Assembly: GCA_951406725.2 (NCBI GenBank)
Contig: OX597815.1
Coordinates: 51,832,001 to 51,896,000 of the forward strand
DNA: 64,000 nt
Direction: 5' to 3'
DNA from: Octopus vulgaris
Lineage: Eukaryota
The stretch's first letter is position 1. The number at the start of each line of letters is the position of its first letter. This document shows positions 36,926-48,432 of the stretch, piece by piece. A program made the translations under genes and the position numbers. The notes under the pieces were generated by a model. That model was not told the origin of the DNA. It did not search any database and was given only the letters and a program-made list of their open reading frames with translations.

Positions 36926-37996
36926 TCTATAAAAGGGAGGATGTGTGTGTGTGTGTACGTGATTGTAATTTATGCACATCCACAAATTAGCACGCAAGTC
37001 GCTCAAATTTTAGGAGGACATTTGTCAACATCCTATCTGGGTTTTGTCAACTTATTTTTTTCCTGAGGCACCCGCAGATAGGGTAAAAATCTATTTTCAA
37101 CCATTTTCAACCATAACAAATACCAGCCATTACTTTTTGATGGCGTCTAACAAAAAAAATATACGATAAAGAAAAGTGGAAGAAGGAGGCAGAAAGTTTT
37201 ATGGAAAAGACAAAGTGAGAGAGGGAGAGAGAGAGAGAGAGAGAGTAAGTTATGGCGTTCATAAAAAATAAAATGTAAAATGCATTGTTTTTTTGTTTTT
37301 GAAAGACACTATACTTTATAATCATAGTATATATATACTTTCTCACACAACAATTACAATATATTTATTTTAAATCATTTATTTATTTTAAATCATTCAT
37401 CTTTCTCCCCCTCTCTCTCTCTCTCACACACATTACTTTGGGTGCGAAAGAGTTTTGTTTTTATTTTACGCCGAGTAAAAAAGTGTTTTGTTGACAATCC
37501 ATTTATTTAACAACAAAGAAACAAAGAGGTGAGTAACAATTTGTCAGTGAATTACACACTATAAATGGGTACAATTTGCGAGGCTTCCACCACACCCCAC
37601 TCTGTTTCACGGAGCACAAAAAGGGTTTTGAGGCCAGAGTAGTTGATTCCATGCAAAAAAAACGAGTTTTTTTCTTGGTGAAAATTGTGCGAGTGTTAAT
37701 CTACAAATTTAACAACATTTTTTCCATTCATTTCTGTTTATCAACATGTATGTGTGCACAAAACATGCAATAGGTGTACATACATACGTATGTGTAAGTG
37801 TGTTTGTGTCTGTTGCCCATATATATTTATATTATATTATATTATATTATATATATATAATATATATAATATAACTAATTTCAACGGATTCCGCCCAAAT
37901 TTGACGTCTATATTACTTACTTTGGTTGGAAATAAAGAACTTCATTAGCTTAATAATCGTAATTTAATCCTGGGCAAGGCTGGGTTATACTGCTAG
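36926..37996 (+). mobile_element. Non-autonomous Helitron, copy 1
   Basis: 5' TC(TATAAAA), internal (GT)n, subterminal GC hairpin CCTGGGCAAGGCTGGG, 3' CTAG followed by T; no TSD. Confidence 0.8.
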
Positions 37997-38014
37997 TATA
38001 TATATATATCTGTA

Positions 38015-39136
38015 TCTATAAAAGGCATGATGTGTGTGTGTGTACGTGATTGTAATTTATGCACGTCCACGAATTAGCACGCATGTCACTCAAATTTTAG
38101 GAGGACATTCGTCAACACCCTACCTGGGTTTTGTCCACTTATTTTTTTCCTGAGGCACCCGCGGATAGCGGTAAAAATCTATTTTCGGCCATAGCTTTTA
38201 CCAATTTTGAAGGTTGCTAACATGAGTTAAGTCCCTTCTAGCCATAGCCAAGCGAAAGTGTGTACGTGAGGGAGAGAGAGTTTTCACAACATCTAACAAA
38301 AAAAGTAAAGAAAAAGTATGTGTAAGGATGAGTGGGGGATAGTTTGACAGCATCTAAAAAAAAAACAAGGTAAAGAAAAGTGGAAGAGAGGCAGAGTTTC
38401 ACAGCGTCTAACAAAAAAAAAAGGTAAAGACAAAGTGAGAGAGAGAAAGAGAGGGAGAGTTTGACAGCATTCATAAAAAATAAAATGTAAAATGTTTTGT
38501 TTTTTTCTTAAATACAAGATATAGTGTTCAAATTCAGGATGTTTTTGAAAGACACTATATTTTATGATCAGATTATATATACTTTCTCACACAACAATTA
38601 CAGTATATTTATTTTAAATCGTTCATCTCCCCCCCTCTCTCTCACACACATATTACTTTGGGTGCGAAAGAGTTTTGTTCTTATTTTACGCTGAGCAAAA
38701 AAGTGTTTTGTTGAGAATCCATTTATTTAACAACAAAGAAACTAAGAGGTAGGTAACAGTTTGTCAGTGAATAACACAATATAATTGGGTACGATTTCCG
38801 GGGCTTCCACCACACCCCACTCTGTTTTACGGACCACAAAAAGGGTTTTGTAGCATATTAGGAGGCCAGAGTAGTTGATTCCTTGCAAAAAAAAAACGAT
38901 TTTTTTTCTTAATGAAAATTGTGCGAGTGTTGATCTATAAATTTACCAACATTTTTTCCATTAATTTCTGTTTATGAACATGTATGCGTGCAAAAAACAC
39001 ATGCAATATATATAAACCAATTTCAATGGATTTTGCCCAAATTTGACGTCGATATTACTGAGTTTGGTTTAAAATAAAACTTGATTAGCTTAATAATTGT
39101 AATTTAATTCTGGGCAAGGCCGGGTTATACTGCTAG
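38015..39136 (+). mobile_element. Non-autonomous Helitron, copy 2 (head-to-tail with copy 1)
   Basis: Same termini and colinear interior as copy 1, with indels and an internal ~60-bp repeat expansion. Confidence 0.8.
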
Positions 39137-39204
39137 TATATATATAAATTATCAACTTCTTGCCTAATACTAGCCCGGAGCAGACTTTTGTATGCATATA
39201 TGTA

Positions 39205-39254
<50 letters not shown>

Positions 39255-39302
39255 TATATGTATTTATATCTTTGTGCATATATATATATATATGAATATA
39301 TA

Positions 39303-41950
39303 TCTATATATATAAAACTAAGAATGTGTGTGTGTGTCTGTCTGTATGAATCCCTAAAACTTGAGAATTACACAACCAATTTCATTCAAATTTTACACAT
39401 GCCTTACTTAGGGTCCATGTAGTATCATGAGCAAAAAATTTTGTTAACTTGTTGCCTAGGGCGAGCCCACAGCAATATCATATCTTCTCCACTATTTCAG
39501 TATTACGTGTTAAAAGTGAAACAAAAACATCTCTCTATTGTAATGTCAGATGCTTTCACTTTAATAGTTTCACTTTAATACTGAAACTATTAAAGTGAAA
39601 CTATTATATAAGAGGGATGAACTGTTAGTGGACATCCATTTTGCTAGAAGAAGATCCACTATGATCTTACCACTAACAAAGGAATGGTAAGACCATAGTG
39701 GATCTTCTAGCATAATGGACGTCCACTTACAGGTCATCCCTTTTAAATGTATATAATATAATTTCTTCTAAAGCACTTCAGACTTTTCAATATGCTACAA
39801 CTGGTTTTAAATTCATATTAATCAAATTAATATTCAATTTTTCACCCTTATTTTAAATTTAAATTTACATATGTATATCATCATCATCATCATCATCATC
39901 GTTTAGCGTCCGTTTTCCATGCTAGCATGGGTTGGACGGTTCTACTGGGGTCTGTGAAGCCAGAAGGCTTCATCAGGCCCAGTCAAATCTGGCAGTGTTT
40001 CTACGGCTGGATGCCCTTCCTAACGCCAACCACTCCGTGAGTGTAGTGGGTGCTTTTTACGTGCCACCCGCACTGGTGCCAGACAGAGCTGGCAAACGGC
40101 CACGAACGGATGGTGCTTTTTATGTGCCACCGGCACGAGGGCCAGGCGAGGCTGGCAACGATATATATATATAAATGTATATATATGGATGTATATATAT
40201 ACATGTATATATATAGATGTATATGTATACATGTATATGTATATAATGTATATGTATATAGATGTACATGTAATATGTACACATATATATACACATATAT
40301 ACATGCATACATATATACACCCATACACACATACTCACACACACATACATAGGTGCAGGTGTGGCTGTGTGGTAACAAACTTGGTTCCAAAACACATGGT
40401 CCTGAGTTCAGTCCCACTGTATGGTAACTTGGCATGTGTCTTCTGCTATAGTCTCAGACCAACCAAAGCCTTGTCAGTGGATTTTGTAGACAGAAACTGA
40501 AAGAAGTCAGTCGTATATATATGTATGTATATATGTAAGTCTGTGTGTGTGTCTTTGTGTTTCTCCCTCATCACTGCTTCACAACTGCTGTTTGTTTATT
40601 TACAACCCCATAACTTACTGGTTTCACAAGAAGAAACTGATTGAATAAGTACCAGGCTTATCAAAATAAAAAAAAAACACTAGGCAGTCTCTCATATTTT
40701 TGTTTGCCAAAGTGCTGAATGGATCTTTAGGAACTTTGAAAATTATATTCTATGCATAAGGGCAATAACCCCCATGACAATTCATATATTTTTGCTGTTG
40801 ATGAAATTTTAACCATACATATTAGATACAAATGAAGTAATATTTATAAAATTTCATCTTCTTACAAGTTAGAAAGACCCCTTCATCTGGACTTAACACC
40901 CACAATTTAGCCATTTTATCTAAGCAAAGACGAATACAGTTGTACTCTTGGAAGCTGTAGGGTCACCCAAGCATAAAAGATGAGCATTATTTGTAATTCA
41001 ATGGCACAACAGTGTAAGAGTTAGCTTTGACATACACTTAGATTGTGATTTCTGCAATGTGCTGCATAAATTGTCAAATAAATGAAAGGCATCTTTGCTT
41101 CCACTGATTCAGTTGCAAAGTGTTGAGTAAAGTTATTTGATTGCAGACCTCCTTTCAGTCTTTTTAATATCACTGGGTCACACATAGTCCCATGGTAACA
41201 TTGATTTCAAGGCCTTCCCAGATGAGTGACTGGTTATTCAAAGACATTTATAGATTGTAAATTTATTCTGTGCAGTTACGTATCAGTATAGTGGTCATTT
41301 TCAAACTCCAACTTTCATTTCTCCTTAGCCCTCACGTCACACAGTTGTTAATGTTTATTTCAGTTGGGCCATGCTCTTCCAATTGCTATAGATTCGTAAT
41401 GCATCTTACAGCTGTGCCTGTCACTTGCATGGTGAGGAATACTACATTGGGAGTGGTAATGACTAGGGTACTGTAGCTGACTGCTTATTGTGATCATTCA
41501 TCTTTTGGTTTCCTGTAGCTTTGCTCTCTTTTACAAACCCAGTGAACATATATTTCCTATTTCAAAGAAATTCAAACAATAGATATAGGACCCAAGTTAA
41601 AAAGATTTTCAACAATTCAACTTCTCTGGTTGACATTAAGATGCCCATCCCCAATAGGGGCCTTAACTCTCACATTTTAGAGCTCCATGACCTCCATTTT
41701 TCAGGAGGAAAATCCTTTTGACAGGTTCTATAAGACTGGAAATTTGGAATAAGCGCATAAAAATCAATAGTATGGGATACATGTGGCATGATTACAATTT
41801 TTTTAAGGTGTGTAAGGAGGGAAATAACCCTCATCTGCAATGTTGATGAAATTCGAAACATAGGTATTCCAGTTCATTACAGAAAATATAACAGAAAAGT
41901 GTAATTCTTCAATTGCATGTAACACGGGCAATGCCGGGTAACTCTGCTAG
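39303..41950 (+). mobile_element. Third Helitron-like element (different family) with nested insertions
   Basis: 5' TCTATATATATAAAA plus (GT/CTGT)n; 3' CGGGCAATGCCGGG...CTAG|T; contains an RTE fragment (39878-40160) and a SINE (40350-40660). Pairing of the two ends is inferred. Confidence 0.55.
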
Positions 41951-42191
41951 TATAATATATATATATATACTATTCATAGAAAAATAGTGTACATTTAACC
42001 ACATAAGAGACGACCATAATAGGACATTTGACAAAAAATCATAGAAAAATTCTTTGCTACCAGTGGTCTAGTGAGAAGGAAAAAAATTAATCAATAGACT
42101 ATATATTATTCACAGAAAAATACAGTTTTTCTATGATTTTTTTGCTACCCTAAGATTTATATGTATATATATATGTATATATATATATATA

Positions 42192-42342
42192 TCATCATCA
42201 TCATCATCATCGTTTAACGTCCGTTCTCCATGCTAGCATGGGTTGGACGGTTCGACCGGGGATCTGGGAAGCCAGAAGGCTGCACCAGGCTCCGGTCTTA
42301 TCTGGCAAAGTTTCTACGGCTGGATGCCCTTCCTAACGCCAA
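42192..42342 (-). mobile_element. Short RTE 3'-end copy
   Basis: Same sequence and same 5' end as 30085-30237. Confidence 0.85.
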
Positions 42343-42775
42343 ATGTACATGTACTTTTTCAAGTGTACAAATAACATGGAAAAAATAAGTAAATAGTTAC
42401 CCGGGTAGCAAAAATTCACATAAGTACCAAGGATGTTACAGCCTACTTATAACGGTAGGAGTTCCATGGTTTAGCGAAATGTTTATGTATAACATAGATA
42501 AATTAAGAAATGTAGTTAAACACAGGTGTTATTCAAATTTTGATACTTCCAACATATGTATCGAAGAAAACATTATTTATTCCCGAGGGAATAAAATGAT
42601 GTCAAACAATGTAATCATCTCATCAGTGAAAAACAAGAAACAAAACACATCAATAAGCCATTTTAACTGAATGTGATTACTGTGTATATGATGAAGCATA
42701 TGTCGGAAGTATAAAGATTTGAATAACTTCCGCATTTAACTCCATTTCTTAATTGATATATATATATATATATAT

Positions 42776-42812
<37 letters not shown>

Positions 42813-43297
42813 TACATATGTACATATTCATAAATATTATTGGTATATTATCTCACATTTGCAGCTGAATGGGGCAACAAGTGCAATTTATTGCCTTTTA
42901 TTGACTGAGAATGTTGGTTTAAAACCAACTATATGCACTTTTTCTTGATATTAAAAGATGTATTAAATGTATTCTATAAGGATGTATAAAAGAGTACAGA
43001 GATTTGTTTAAGCATTCCAAGTATATGTGTGTCATAGTAAAAAAAATTGATAATGTCTTTTGATTTCTTCCCATTGTTAAAATTATACTTTTCAAAAATG
43101 TTATCTCCCAAGTCTGCACCTTCACTACTACCTATATGGAATTTACACCATCTCAAGTATCATATGTTTCTGTAAAAATATAATTTCAAAAGAAATTATG
43201 TACTTCATAGCTCTCTCTTATCTACAACAATCTTGTAATTTTTCAATATGGATAGATATAAATGTATGTGCGGACTTGTGCATGTCTGTGTGCACAG

Positions 43298-43348
<51 letters not shown>

Positions 43349-43547
43349 AACAAGAGAGACAGAGGCTGGCAGAAACAAGGAAAATGCCACTTGTATGTGA
43401 ACACTATACAAATATTCTTTTAAAAAAAATTTTCCTTTTAATTTTTCCAAATTTGCGTTCCATACTTACCAGTTGAAAAAGTCTCAATGACTGAAACCGG
43501 TACTGAAATGTTTTTTATAAAATAATTTTAGCATTTTCTATCTTAAC

Positions 43548-43587
<40 letters not shown>

Positions 43588-43590
43588 CAT

Positions 43591-43621
<31 letters not shown>

Positions 43622-43632
43622 CATATATACAT

Positions 43633-43659
<27 letters not shown>

Positions 43660-43663
<4 letters not shown>

Positions 43664-43770
43664 CATACATACATACATACATACATACATACATACATAC
43701 ATACATACATACATACATACATACATACATACATACATACATACATACATACATACATACATACATACAT
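43660..43770. repeat. (TACA)n microsatellite within a compound TA/CA tract
   Basis: Direct inspection. Confidence 0.95.
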
Positions 43771-44547
43771 AAATCTTTAGGTAAATATATTCAATAAGTA
43801 TATTATATACTGAATTTATATTTTTTTATATTAGTATTATTATTATGTATTCTAGTATTCTAGAACCCTGGCCCATCTAATCTATAAGTAAATTTATAAG
43901 ATATAAATTATAAATTAGACATTACATAAAGATCGAATAGACATTCCTAGAATTAGAACCAGGGTCCATCTAATCTATAACAAATGGACAGTTATAACTG
44001 AATTAAATTTAAAAATCTAAAATTTTAATTGGTATCTTCCAATTATGAAAATAAAAATATAAAAGAAATACTGAGGCCAGTTTATAATTTTACAATTTCA
44101 TAGTTTCAAATATAATTTAAAATATAATTTGATTTTGTATTTTGAACTATATTTGGATTACCGGATAATATAATGAATTTTATACAAAAATATTATGGAT
44201 TGCTACAGAAGAATTACCAAGACAAAAGTGTCCTGGATTGCTACAGATATATGAATTTCAAGATTCTCGTACTAAAGTATATACACTTTTCACATTTCTA
44301 AACTAACTATATGAACTACACTGGAATGCAAGATAATATGACGGAATTTGAGTATGAATATTATGAATTATTGCAGTAGAATAACCAAGGAAATATATAT
44401 GGATTTAAAGACTCTCATCAAAAGTAGTAATTTTTAATTTTTATTTTGCATTTCAAACAAACACTATTTTACAAACACCATTTTACAATTTTACTTCAAT
44501 TTTTTAATAAACTATCATTCGATATGTTATACAATATTCATATTTTA

Positions 44548-44639
44548 TATCTCTGAAGAGCAGAAGGGTTGTCTATAAATGCTTATCAATATAGGATTTC
44601 ATTATAGGGACAATTCTTCTGCGAAACGATTGTAAGATG
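44548..44639 (+). ncRNA. Type I hammerhead ribozyme with extended stem II
   Basis: TATCT-CTGAAGA-GCAGAAGGGTTGTC...GACAATTCTTCTGC-GAAA-C-GATT-GTA|AGATG: full core, 14-bp proximal stem II, GUA cleavage triplet. Confidence 0.8.
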
Positions 44640-45195
44640 CTTAAAAAAATCAATTCAAAACTTTTAAACTACCAAATTTATCTTATACATTATATTTATA
44701 TTTTTATATTTATTTATTTATTTATTTATTTATATTTTTAATACAATAAGGTCTTTCACACGGGTACATCTTTATGTTGAGTTCAATATTGATTTCTTTA
44801 TATTAGTAATAATAATATATTATTACATATATATATATATATATACATATATACATATATACATATATACATACATATATATACATACGTATATATATAT
44901 ATATAGGCAAATTGAAAATTATAAAGGAAAACAACAAAAGTCAAAAGGACATACACATGAAATGTATTAGGCTGATGCTCAGTATAAAATGGAAAATGAG
45001 GTGCGATGTAACGTTTTGAGCATGACTTCATGAGAAAGAGGTGGGAAGAAAGATCCAAAAAAGGAAAGAAAATGTCCAAGAAAACATGTGTGAGGTTACA
45101 TGGCATATACACACACACATATATATGTTTATATATACATCTATACATACATGTATATATGTAACATATATTTAATACACACACACACTCTCTCT

Positions 45196-45617
45196 TACAG
45201 GCACGGGGCATGAAAATTATACCAAAGCTAATGCAAAGGACATAACTTTTTTATTAACGGATATAGCTCATTCGAATTGCACGTGCTGGCAGAGTAACTG
45301 CTGCCGTCTTTATCTCTTCTTCCTGTTCTTTTACATTGCAGGCAAGTAAGCAACATGCTATTGTTACATTCTTGATGAAAGAGGACCTCCCCAAAGGTCT
45401 ATAAGTTGTTTACTGAGAACGACACCACTGACAAGAGTAATGTGGACAGATAGATGAAAAAATTTCAAGAGGACAGATTCACATGGACAGATTCATCTGT
45501 CCATGTGAATCAGTTGTAATCACAGTACAAATGTGGTTGCTGCACAACTGTACTGTAGTCACAATCTATTACAGAAAGTAGTGGGTATCAGAAAGTGTGT
45601 GCAAAGTGGTTACCTCA
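45196..45617 (+). mobile_element. Decayed mariner-type transposon 5' part
   Basis: Frameshifted KQHAIVTFL and G..KVCAKWLP (WVP-like motif). Confidence 0.45.
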
Positions 45618-45714
45618 GTAGCTGATAGTTAATTTAAACAATGCAAGCATAGGAGAATGGATGTAAAACAAATGTATGTGTATGTGTGTGCATGTGTGTG
45701 TGTGTATATATATA

Positions 45715-46038
45715 TTTAAAAGTGGTGACATATTCAAAGTAAATGCAGATATGAACTGCAAGACGCAGAACGTTATATACTGCATAACCTGCCCTACATG
45801 CAAGGAGAATTACGTAGGTGAAACTGGTAATTCTTTGTGCCAGCGAGCCAGGATTCACTGACAACATATTCGGCAGGAAGAACTATGCAAAATACCACTA
45901 AGTACACACCTAGCTACATGTGGAGAAGGAAAATTTAAGATCTTTCCCTTCTACAAATGTCCGAAGAACGACACCTCTTTCAGGAGGAATATGGAAAAAT
46001 ATTTCATAGCTAAGTTCTCCCCCAAATTAAATGGCTGA
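45715..46038 (+). mobile_element. Penelope-like element GIY-YIG endonuclease C-terminus (pseudogenised)
   Basis: MNCKTQNVIYCITCPTCKENYVGETGNSLCQRARIH*QH...RRNMEKYFIAKFSPKLNG*: VIY/YVG motif with CxxC insert, conserved R, E and LN. Confidence 0.88.
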
Positions 46039-46053
46039 AACTTTACTCATCAT

Positions 46054-46107
46054 ACATTGAAGGACAAATCTTTTGATTTACAATATAATATAGTAGAACA
46101 TTTAATA

Positions 46108-46161
<54 letters not shown>

Positions 46162-46648
46162 TGTGTGTATATATATATTACCTGTTATATACATTATATT
46201 GTTTTTGTAATTTACTTGATCTTTACTTGCCAATTGTCATTCTAATTTTAACCTTCCTATGATATGCAATTTTCAAGATGGTGTAATTTGATTGTTCATT
46301 TTGAATCGATAGAAGGTGGTTTTTTTCTAATATTTCATGTGTAAGCATGTATATATATAGTGACATTGAAGGACACATCTTTCGATTTACAATCTAATAT
46401 AGTAGAACATTTAGTATATGTCTGTATATGTATATATATGTATGTGTGTATATATATATTGCCTGTTATATACATTATATTATTTTTATAATTTACTTCC
46501 ATCTTTACTTTTTAATTGTCACTTTAATTTTAACTTTCCTATGATATACAATTTTCAAGATGGTGTAATTTAGTTGTTCATTTTGAACCAATAAAAGTTT
46601 TTTTTTCAAATATTTCATGTATAAGTCTGTGTGTATATATATGTAGTG
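46054..46648 (+). repeat. Two ~309-bp tandem direct repeats right after the Penelope stop codon
   Basis: ACATTGAAGGACA...AATATTTCATGT begins at 46054 and 46363. Confidence 0.85.
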
Positions 46649-47304
46649 GTATAAATATCAACACAATTTTTTTCCCCTTCCTCCCTTATTTTTCTTTTCC
46701 CTTTTCTCTTTTTGTCTCTCTCCCCTTCTCCCAACACACAGACACACACACATGCACACACACACGCACACACACACAAACACACCTCCACAAAACGATC
46801 ATAAAAAGTGGAAAGAATTCTTAAACCCCAGATAAAAGGAGGTGTAATTTATGGCCTGCCTCCCCACCACCGCACACTCAGTGACACTGAAGTGGTCAAA
46901 GCTGAAATTCTTAGAACCCCCTTGGAGTCAGTGTTCTGTCCAGCAGACCTAAGGAAATTCTTTCCTTCTTCTTCCCTCTCCCTTCCCCTCTTTCTCTTTA
47001 GCACTAGCCTCAGATACAAACGCGCACACACACACACACATACACATACACATACACACATGTTCTCTCTCTCACTTTCTCCTCATCCACCTCACCCTCT
47101 TGTGCTGTCTTGTTCCTCCCCACCACTATGAAACTCTATAAAATGATTAAAATTCCCCACAAAGGAATTATTTTGATTTGAAAACCCCACTAGAATGGGA
47201 GAAAGCACTAATGATCTAAGTGATATGATATATATGTAAAAAATGTAATATATAAATAAATATCTGTAAATATAAACCATCCGATCTTCTGATTACCTCA
47301 TTTC

Positions 47305-47365
<61 letters not shown>

Positions 47366-47654
47366 GCGAATATAAACAAAAGGGTAATAATATAGATTAC
47401 TACCAGTGGCTCAGCACAAAAGACGAATTAGTCATTAGACAAAATATTATTCATATAGAAAAATATTATTCATGTAGAAATATAATTAAGGGCTCCTAAA
47501 TAAGGATGCCAAGTGCTGGGAACACAAAAAGGGGATAAATTTATCGAGAGTGAAAATCAAAAACATTTACCGATAACTTTACATCTCGGACTGATATCAG
47601 TTTCTACCTCTTTCTAGTAAAACACAGAATATGTTTGCTAAAACACAGGATATG

Positions 47655-48367
47655 TTTGCCACATGTATCACTGACGAAGAGAGGGCTCTTAGTAGCTAAC
47701 TCTGAAATTGGTCCGATATGGTAATAATGGAATTTTTTAGAAATGTCTGTCGACCTTTTTTCGAGTAGCGTGCGTATTATGAAAAAATTATATGGTTAAT
47801 GGATAATATGTCCAATTTTTCGGCATATTTGGCATTAGAAATTTTTTCCTTTGCCCTCATTTATGAATTGTTTATAAATTTAACCGTTTAAGGTATTTTT
47901 TAATATGCTGGCCATTGATAAAATTTTTTTCGAAAGAATATATTTTTTTCAAAAGAAATTTTATCCTCATTAGATATAAATTTAAGCGTTCACTTCCGGA
48001 CTATCTCACTCTGTGAGAGCCTCAGTTAAAATCGCACGTGTCTCGAATGGGCTGGAGTATTTCTATTTTGGATGTATTTGGGGTACTTAGTTGTGCTCAT
48101 GACTTAGTGTTTGCTTCTTCCATGGGTATGAATAAGTATCTCATTTATTTCTTTTGCCACATGTATCACTGACAAAGAGAGGGCTCTTAGTAGCTAACTC
48201 TGAAATCGGTCCGATGTGGTAATAATGGAATTTTTTAGAAATGTCTGTTGACCTTTTTTCGAGTAGCGTGCGTATTGTGTAAAAATTATATGGTTAATGG
48301 ATAATATGTCCAATTTTTCAGCATATTTGGCATTAGAAATTTTTTCCTTTGCCCTCATTTATGAATT
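47655..48367 (+). mobile_element. Retrozyme/pLTR-like unit: 215-bp direct repeats, each starting with a hammerhead motif
   Basis: Repeats 47655-47869 and 48153-48367 (period 498); CTGACGA-AGAG..CTCT-GAAA-TTG-GTC and CTGACAA...GAAA-TCG-GTC. Confidence 0.7.
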
Positions 48368-48370
48368 ATA

Positions 48371-48432
<62 letters not shown>

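Noticed and set aside
40700-41880. Possible captured gene fragment or Rep/helicase in the third Helitron
   Set aside because: No recognisable motifs or spliceable exons in the frames I read; a tBLASTx search would be needed.
43538-43770. MYVC/YIYI-repeat ORFs here and elsewhere
   Set aside because: Microsatellite translations.
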